From Candidatus Bipolaricaulia bacterium (GTDB lineage: Bacteria > Bipolaricaulota > Bipolaricaulia > JBHIAT01): a stretch of 13,385 nucleotides of DNA. Both the position numbers and the translations under genes were made by a program. The DNA is taken from NCBI GenBank assembly GCA_046758705.1, contig JBHIAT010000099.1, positions 1 through 13,385 on the forward strand, written 5' to 3'. The notes beneath the pieces are model-generated. The model ran no database searches and was not told the DNA's origin. It was given only the letters and a program-made list of their open reading frames with translations. Positions 8,497 to 13,385 of the stretch are shown here, piece by piece (position 1 is the first letter of the stretch; every line of letters starts with the position of its first letter).

Positions 8497-8548
8497 CGTT
8501 CCAGTTCTCTTCGGGTATGCACTTGGACCTTGTACAAAGCGATTTGCG

Positions 8549-9388
8549 TCATCTGAAGTCGGACCATTTGGGAATCCCTCCCCCGAGCCTTTGTTTCAGC
8601 CGGTTTACATCCTCCGAAAAATATTCCCGAAGCCAACCGCGATCATCTTTGCTTAACCCAAGGGGGCGTGCTGACAGATAGTGGTCGTAAATAGAGTTAA
8701 ATAATCGACTGCTTTTCAGGAAGGACTTCAACCGTGGCCTTTTGACCGCCGCTCGTTTGGCCCCATATAGAAACGGATATCTCAACATGCGGTTCTTGCT
8801 ACTAGACACCGTGGAAAGTCGCCTATCAGGAAGACCGAAGAAACCGAGAATCTCCCGGATCACCTCATCGGTGTTGGTGACGAACTCCTCAAAAACCACA
8901 ATCTTGAATTGAGATTCGTCGAAACGCGAAAGCCAGTGTTCCTCAAGAAGCTTGCAGTACAGACCCCTCTCCAGATAGTTCGGATACATCTTAACAAACT
9001 CGACCAGATCTGTGGGTACTTTCGGGTACATCGCGCTGTGCTTCGCAAAGTAACCCTTCCTCAGCTGCATCTGATAGTGAGAATGAACGTAGTCGATCGG
9101 ATTTCTTAGAATGAGCAGGAACAACGGGGGGGGTTCCCTGAGCAGCTCTTTAATCCGCGGTGCAGCCTGCTCCCCCTGCATAAAATATTTGGGCGACGTA
9201 TCGATGCGCTGACCCAGTTTCGTGAACGAGTTTGTATACCACTCCACACCGCGATGAAAATTCCTGGTATAGAAGTGTATCTCTTGATAGGAACTCAGTG
9301 ACACTTCGGGGTGCGTCTTGAGCAGATTATAGAGATAACTGCTTCCCGCTCTTTGTGTCCCTATGTGGAAGAGATTCGGCAATTCCAT
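8549..9388 (-). CDS. PAPS-dependent sulfotransferase (Sulfotransfer_1, heparan-sulfate sulfotransferase-like bacterial type)
   Basis: 279 aa. PNLFHIGTQRAGSSYLYxLLxxHPEV (5'-PSB loop), EIHFY, DTSPKY, ILRNPIDYVHSHY (3'-PB with R...S at +8), YLERGLY, FEEF, FFGL, and C-terminal LREYFSEDVNRL...W. Confidence 0.88.
   Translation of the reverse strand: MELPNLFHIGTQRAGSSYLYNLLKTHPEVSLSSYQEIHFYTRNFHRGVEWYTNSFTKLGQRIDTSPKYFMQGEQAAPRIKELLREPPPLFLLILRNPIDYVHSHYQMQLRKGYFAKHSAMYPKVPTDLVEFVKMYPNYLERGLYCKLLEEHWLSRFDESQFKIVVFEEFVTNTDEVIREILGFFGLPDRRLSTVSSSKNRMLRYPFLYGAKRAAVKRPRLKSFLKSSRLFNSIYDHYLSARPLGLSKDDRGWLREYFSEDVNRLKQRLGGGIPKWSDFR
9126..9133. repeat. G8/C8 homopolymer inside the sulfotransferase coding sequence
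   Basis: Plus strand ACAAC-GGGGGGGG-TTCC. Coding strand GAA CCC CCC CCG (E-P-P-P). It is the longest G/C run I found in the window and is currently in frame. Confidence 0.85.
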
Positions 9389-9404
9389 TTGAGAATTCGC
9401 ACCT

Positions 9405-10763
9405 TCAACGTTTCAGTCTCTTTCGGATATGCGTTCGGACCTTACGGAGGAGTTCTCTATCGTAGTCATCAAACCTGATTATATCTGCAATGTTGATTCT
9501 GATCTCCGATAACATTTTCACATATCGGTATCTGAGCAACAGGGCGACAAGTCCACGGATGAGAACGGCCAGTCCTATCCCCGTGAGACCCAAAATCGGG
9601 ATTAGAGTAGCTCCAGCTATAATAAATATCAACATGAATACTGCATAACTTCTAAACAGATATTTCTGGGCTTTGAGCCCGTAGAGTATCGGCCTTATCA
9701 CCACACTGAAGCTGTAGATCGCTGCATTGAACATCAAAATCCTGAACAACAGTATGGAAGCGTTATATCCGGAACCAAACAGGATGTCGAACAGAGGAGG
9801 AGCAGCGATCAACGCTCCCGAGATAACAACTAGCGCAAGCCAGAAGGAGTATTTGATGCTCTTGCTGACGATCTTTGACACACGCGCCTCATCGTGTATC
9901 TCCCGAGAGATGACCGGCATGAGTACGCTCTCAAGAGGGTGTATCAGTGAGCTGATGAGACTAGCAGTCCGTTGAGCAACCTGAAATAGAGCAACGGCTT
10001 CAACACCAAGGAACAGCTGAATCAGCCACGGGGGTGCATGACCGCCAGCTCGTTTGAACGGGATCAACGCTATGACCCATTTTCCATGCGCCTTGAGGGT
10101 TCTAAATAGCAGATTTCCCTTCTCCATGGAGATCTCCCTATATCGAGAGGTGACCCTGAGGAACAGGGGTGTGGTGAACAGGATGGATGTTGACATAGAG
10201 GCCGGATAGGAGATCATCGCCCCGTAAACCCCCAGCTTGAAGATCCAAAGGAACAGGATCACAAACAGGAGTCTGGAAACACTTTGCACCGTATTGGTGA
10301 GGAATGTATACTTGAACTCCATATGGGAATTAAACGTGGTGATATAGATATTTCTTATCGCAGTGAGTAAAACCATAAAGGATGCAATCTTGACCAAATT
10401 GGCTATAAGCCCCGAATATTTCGCTTCAAAATAGTTATTTGCCGAAAATACTGCCACAAAAATCAAAATACCTGCAAATATTTCAAACTGAGCATATCGA
10501 ACTAACAGGTTTTTTGCCCGAGATTGCTTATTTTCTCCAATCTCTCTTGTGGCATCGGTGATAATGACACCACCGATACCCGGGTCGAGAAAGATAGTTA
10601 CAATACCGATAGCAGAGAGAGCAAGTACGACTAAACCGTAATCTAACCGCCCAAGTGTTCTAACTATAACCAGAAAAGTTAGAAAACCTACCAAGGACGT
10701 GATCAAATTGCTCGAAGCGAACAAGGCGGTGCCCTCGGCGATTTTGCGTGTTAGTGAGCTCAT
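9405..10763 (-). CDS. wzx: Wzx-type oligosaccharide flippase (MOP/PST superfamily)
   Basis: 452 aa with about 12 hydrophobic segments. N-terminal 'VIVRTLGRLDYG' and FLDPGI, mid-protein 'FLGVEAVALFQVAQR' and 'VLMPVIS', 'ILFGSGY', and 'LIPILGLTGIGLA' are typical polysaccharide-export flippase patterns. Confidence 0.88.
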   Translation of the reverse strand: MSSLTRKIAEGTALFASSNLITSLVGFLTFLVIVRTLGRLDYGLVVLALSAIGIVTIFLDPGIGGVIITDATREIGENKQSRAKNLLVRYAQFEIFAGILIFVAVFSANNYFEAKYSGLIANLVKIASFMVLLTAIRNIYITTFNSHMEFKYTFLTNTVQSVSRLLFVILFLWIFKLGVYGAMISYPASMSTSILFTTPLFLRVTSRYREISMEKGNLLFRTLKAHGKWVIALIPFKRAGGHAPPWLIQLFLGVEAVALFQVAQRTASLISSLIHPLESVLMPVISREIHDEARVSKIVSKSIKYSFWLALVVISGALIAAPPLFDILFGSGYNASILLFRILMFNAAIYSFSVVIRPILYGLKAQKYLFRSYAVFMLIFIIAGATLIPILGLTGIGLAVLIRGLVALLLRYRYVKMLSEIRINIADIIRFDDYDRELLRKVRTHIRKRLKR

Positions 10764-10951
10764 CGATCGACTTTCCCACCGCAGCAGAGACAGGATAGCT
10801 GGAAGTTAATATATGCCATCTCCCTCAAGTCTTATGGCTAAATTTCTCGTTAAAAAGGGATACAAACGTCTCTTAAACATAGCGGCTTCTAGATTGATCA
10901 ACACCATGCGGATAAAAGCAGCTCGCCGATAGGCGAATGAGGCCCCTTAAT

Positions 10952-11644
10952 TTATCTGACTTTTCTACATGCGACATAATAGCCACTTGTCATTATATTT
11001 TTTATTTTGGTTTTATTTTCAACTTCCCCGTATCCTTCCGTGATTATAAAGGAGAAAAGGTCAACTAATTTCGCTAAAAGAAGCCAAAATAAACGAAATG
11101 GTTTAAAATAAAGTGTTTCGCATTGAAATCCTATTCTTTGAAATAACACAGCAATAGTTCCAAGCGTATTGACCTCCTCTCTCATCTCAATAATCTCAAA
11201 GTTATTTAAAAGATGTTTTAATCCATATTTTGTGAATCTATAGTAATCATCAGGAATGTTATGTAGCGGGAATAAAAATCGTGTTGTAAGAATTAAACCC
11301 CCATTCTTTTTAAGAACTCTTTGCATTTCATTTATAGCTTTTTGTGGGGTATGTAAGTGTTCTAGTACTTCAGTACAAAGTATGCAATCAAACTCTTCAT
11401 CTTGAAACATACGCAAATCATGAGCATCTGCTACAATATCAACCGCAGGTGTTTTGATAATATCTATCCCAACACGGTTAGGAAAATATTGAGAATATGG
11501 CCCTCTACCACAGCCAATATCCAAAGTTTTTCCATTGTTTCCATATTTTTTTACAAAAGGTTCGATATTTTTCCCTGTAATTTTGCTTGTAATTCCTATT
11601 TTACCCAGAAATCTGTATATTCTTCTTAAAAACTTTCTATACAT
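10952..11644 (-). CDS. Class I SAM-dependent methyltransferase (Methyltransf_11-like)
   Basis: 230 aa. TLDIGCG, VGIDI, ADAHDL, FDCILCTEVLEH, EMQRVLKKNGGLILT and PLHNIPDDYYRFT (the HxxPxDYxRFT motif is common in glycan-cluster methyltransferases). Very AT-rich: two 60-nt lines counted gave 30% and 33% GC. Confidence 0.9.
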   Translation of the reverse strand: MYRKFLRRIYRFLGKIGITSKITGKNIEPFVKKYGNNGKTLDIGCGRGPYSQYFPNRVGIDIIKTPAVDIVADAHDLRMFQDEEFDCILCTEVLEHLHTPQKAINEMQRVLKKNGGLILTTRFLFPLHNIPDDYYRFTKYGLKHLLNNFEIIEMREEVNTLGTIAVLFQRIGFQCETLYFKPFRLFWLLLAKLVDLFSFIITEGYGEVENKTKIKNIMTSGYYVACRKVR

Positions 11645-11651
11645 AATTACC

Positions 11652-11793
11652 TTAACCGCTTGAATTCACCGCCGCCGCTCCGTGATGAGTACAGGTCTTG
11701 ATCTCGGTGAAGGTGTACCTCTTCAAGGATAACTCGACGATCTTGGCCTTGTGGCTGACCCCGTGTGCCGATGTCTTTAAGTCGGCCGTGCAA
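11652..11793 (-). pseudogene. Frameshifted internal fragment of a DUF1670-like (HTH-containing, mobile-element-associated) gene
   Basis: Minus strand LHGRLKDIG, then a +1 nt shift at ~11763-11766, then GVSHKAKIVELSLKRYTFTEIKTCTHHGAAAV. This matches my recollection of the DUF1670 core TRGxxKDIGPGxSHKxKIhELYLxGYxxTEIxRxTxHS. Third positions are mostly G/C, and 11661-11800 is 56% GC (78/140) between AT-richer genes. Confidence 0.62.
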
Positions 11794-11798
11794 GCGTC

Positions 11799-12434
11799 TC
11801 ATTGCTTCTCCGCGATGATAATGACTTTCTGTCCAATTATGTTGCCCAAAGGAGTTTCCCTCAACCTCATCAATAAAGGAAAATATTTTTGGAAAGCAAT
11901 ATTACGTGCCAAGAACCGCCGGATGATGAACCCATGATCTTTCACCGATGAGTATACCCGCCTAGCCTTGAATCTAGAGACATGCGTGGGGTCATCCCGG
12001 AGAACGGTTCTACTTCGTTTGAGCCAATGCAGCAGATCATAGAGACGTTTGATCGGATAATTGGGTGTTTGCAGGAATAAGTATCCGCCAACTTTAAGCA
12101 CTCGATGTATCTCTCCCAAAAAAACATCAGGCCTGTCCACATGCTCAATAACATCGATAGACAGGACTGTATCGAAAATACTTTCTTTGAAGGGTAAGTT
12201 ATAACCGGTTGCACAAATAAAGTGCACATCCTTAAACAGTGCCCTTCCTTTAAGAAGTCCTGGGAAGCCTGGGTCCACACCGATTTTCATCACACTGTTG
12301 ACCATACTGAGGTGCTTGCCAATTCCACAACCCACATCAAGAATTCTGCCGCTTGCCACTTCCTTTAGCAGCTTAGTGTCTATACTAGCGGCACCTTCCC
12401 GTTTAGCGGTGTACTCATCCCATTTGGAGGTCAT
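11799..12434 (-). CDS. Class I SAM-dependent methyltransferase (Methyltransf_11-like)
   Basis: RILDVGCGIG, IGVDP, LPFKESIFDTVLSIDVIEH, EIHRVLKVGGYLFLQTPN and DPTH. The start is re-called to ATG 12434 (GAGGT 10 nt upstream; ATG 12443 is an alternative), because the track's start at 12641 overlaps the upstream gene by 161 nt and adds no domain sequence. Confidence 0.88.
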   Translation of the reverse strand: MTSKWDEYTAKREGAASIDTKLLKEVASGRILDVGCGIGKHLSMVNSVMKIGVDPGFPGLLKGRALFKDVHFICATGYNLPFKESIFDTVLSIDVIEHVDRPDVFLGEIHRVLKVGGYLFLQTPNYPIKRLYDLLHWLKRSRTVLRDDPTHVSRFKARRVYSSVKDHGFIIRRFLARNIAFQKYFPLLMRLRETPLGNIIGQKVIIIAEKQ

Positions 12435-12480
12435 GCTTTCCATTACCTCGCCAGACGACCTAATACAGAGTTCTGTCAAT

Positions 12481-13230
12481 TTACTTCTCTTTCTCGAAAC
12501 AGAGTTGCTCTCCATCCCAAGGATAATCAAATGGAGATCTCTTAACAAATCTAAATTGAGAACTTTCCAATAAAGAGACAAGGTCATCCACCTTCGACCA
12601 CCAAAAACTCTCATAAAAACTAGGGGATTTTCCTTCCTCACTCCCCCGCACAGCTTCTATAATTAAAAGCCCCTCCGGTTTTAAGACTCTCTTTATCTCA
12701 TCGATCACCTTCTCTACGTCAAAGGCGTGGTCAAGTGAATTAGTAAATACTACATCGATAGAGTGAGATGGAAATTGTATGTCATGGAAGTCGCCATATA
12801 ATACATATCGATTATCTTTACCTGGATTGATATCAAGGCCAACGGCAAAACACCCGATATCTAAGAAAGACTTGACCTCAGTTCCTATACGTGCTGCTAA
12901 ACAAAGTACAGTCTTGCTACGCCAAAGAACGTTTAGTTTTTCCAGGCGTTCTCGAAGAACATAGCGGTATCTAATGTCATAATCAGATAGGTCGATACGC
13001 TGTAGCTTATCCTTCTGATGCTCGAGATAATCTTCATAACTGGAATACACCCTCTTCTTAAAACTCTGTTCGCTGTTATAAGTGGACCAGGATTTCCCGA
13101 TCCTTGATCTTAGGAGCAGGGTATTAAGCCATTGAAGCAGTTTATTCTTGTTCAGCACACCAACAATCCGCCATGGCTTTTTTACAGTATGGACTACATC
13201 TTTATAGAGTAGAGCGAATAAATTCCGCAT
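12481..13230 (-). CDS. Class I SAM-dependent methyltransferase with atypical motif I
   Basis: 249 aa with RBS AAGGGGA upstream. YSSYEDYLEHQKDKL, VLCLAARIGTEV (motif I position), VGLDI, GDFHDIQF, IDVVFTNSLDHA and EIKRVLKPEGLLIIE. Confidence 0.85.
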   Translation of the reverse strand: MRNLFALLYKDVVHTVKKPWRIVGVLNKNKLLQWLNTLLLRSRIGKSWSTYNSEQSFKKRVYSSYEDYLEHQKDKLQRIDLSDYDIRYRYVLRERLEKLNVLWRSKTVLCLAARIGTEVKSFLDIGCFAVGLDINPGKDNRYVLYGDFHDIQFPSHSIDVVFTNSLDHAFDVEKVIDEIKRVLKPEGLLIIEAVRGSEEGKSPSFYESFWWSKVDDLVSLLESSQFRFVKRSPFDYPWDGEQLCFEKEK

Positions 13231-13292
13231 ATCATCCCCTTTTCTTCGTTTGTTTCTTCTATATTGTGCCTAAGGTGAATTTCTGCTCATGA

Positions 13293-13385
13293 TTACTCAC
13301 TATTCCAATAATACCCATACCCGTACAACCTATTGAGCCAACCGGCGATTAGGGAAAAAGCCAGCTGATGTCTAAGTTTCAACTC
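13293..13385 (-). CDS. 3' end of an upstream gene truncated by the window edge; possibly a second sulfotransferase
   Basis: Open frame from the window edge: ELKLRHQLAFSLIAGWLNRLYGYGYYWNSE*, with TAA at 13295-13293. The eL-xxx-Q-xx-F-xx-IAG-xL-xxx-GY pattern resembles the terminal helix-GY of Sulfotransfer_3-type enzymes. Only 30 residues are visible. Confidence 0.5.
   Translation of the reverse strand, partial: ELKLRHQLAFSLIAGWLNRLYGYGYYWNSE

Noticed and set aside
1..8500. High density of GATC/CGATCG, reminiscent of cyanobacterial HIP1
   Set aside because: The full GCGATCGC octamer is rare (one noticed, at 3733-3740). Preference for ATC and GAT codons accounts for much of the signal, and significance cannot be judged without a genome background.
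10321..10500. AT-rich dip inside wzx (32-35% GC) suggesting intragenic recombination
   Set aside because: A similar dip occurs near 9601-9660, and both fall in Ile/Phe-rich membrane segments, so amino-acid composition may explain it.
10914..10937. Hairpin TCGCC-TATC-GGCGA followed by GCTGCTTTT on the minus strand
   Set aside because: The stem is only 5-6 bp and the short U tract is separated from it, which is too weak to call a terminator.
12444..12641. N-terminal 66-residue extension of the 11799-12641 ORF
   Set aside because: It overlaps the upstream methyltransferase by 161 nt in another frame and adds no domain. A better start with an RBS exists at 12434 or 12443.
1..13385. tRNA, rRNA, CRISPR arrays, integron attC sites and a JUMPStart/ops element
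   Set aside because: I found no cloverleaf, regularly spaced repeats, attC-like paired ends or ops motif in the short intergenic regions. The cluster's 5' end lies outside the window.

Overview
Bacterial surface-glycan biosynthesis cluster, entirely on the minus strand, read from the right end of the window leftwards. In transcription order it holds: the 3' end of a probable sulfotransferase (cut by the window edge), three unrelated class I SAM-dependent methyltransferases, a Wzx-type flippase, a PAPS-dependent sulfotransferase, a GT4 glycosyltransferase, a candidate internal sigma70 promoter, a UDP-GlcNAc 4-epimerase-like SDR, a second GT4, a PglC-like phosphoglycosyl transferase, a PglD-like acetyltransferase, a PglE-like aminotransferase, a PglF-like 4,6-dehydratase, and pgsA. 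The left ~8.5 kb is GC-rich and mostly translationally coupled, and looks like the conserved core that builds an undecaprenyl-PP-linked 2,4-diacetamido-trideoxyhexose (bacillosamine-type) primer. The right ~5 kb is a lower-GC mosaic of decorating enzymes. Several things are missing from the ORF track: a frameshifted DUF1670-like relic between two methyltransferases, a short ORF coupled to pgsA that resembles a truncated phosphoglucose/phosphomannose isomerase N-terminus, a C8 tract in the sulfotransferase, and a 7-bp duplication across the acetyltransferase start. The most interesting inference is a sulfated and possibly multiply methylated glycan on a bacillosamine-type linker. No RNA genes, CRISPR arrays or intact mobile elements were seen. 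All family assignments come from motif recognition, not database searches.
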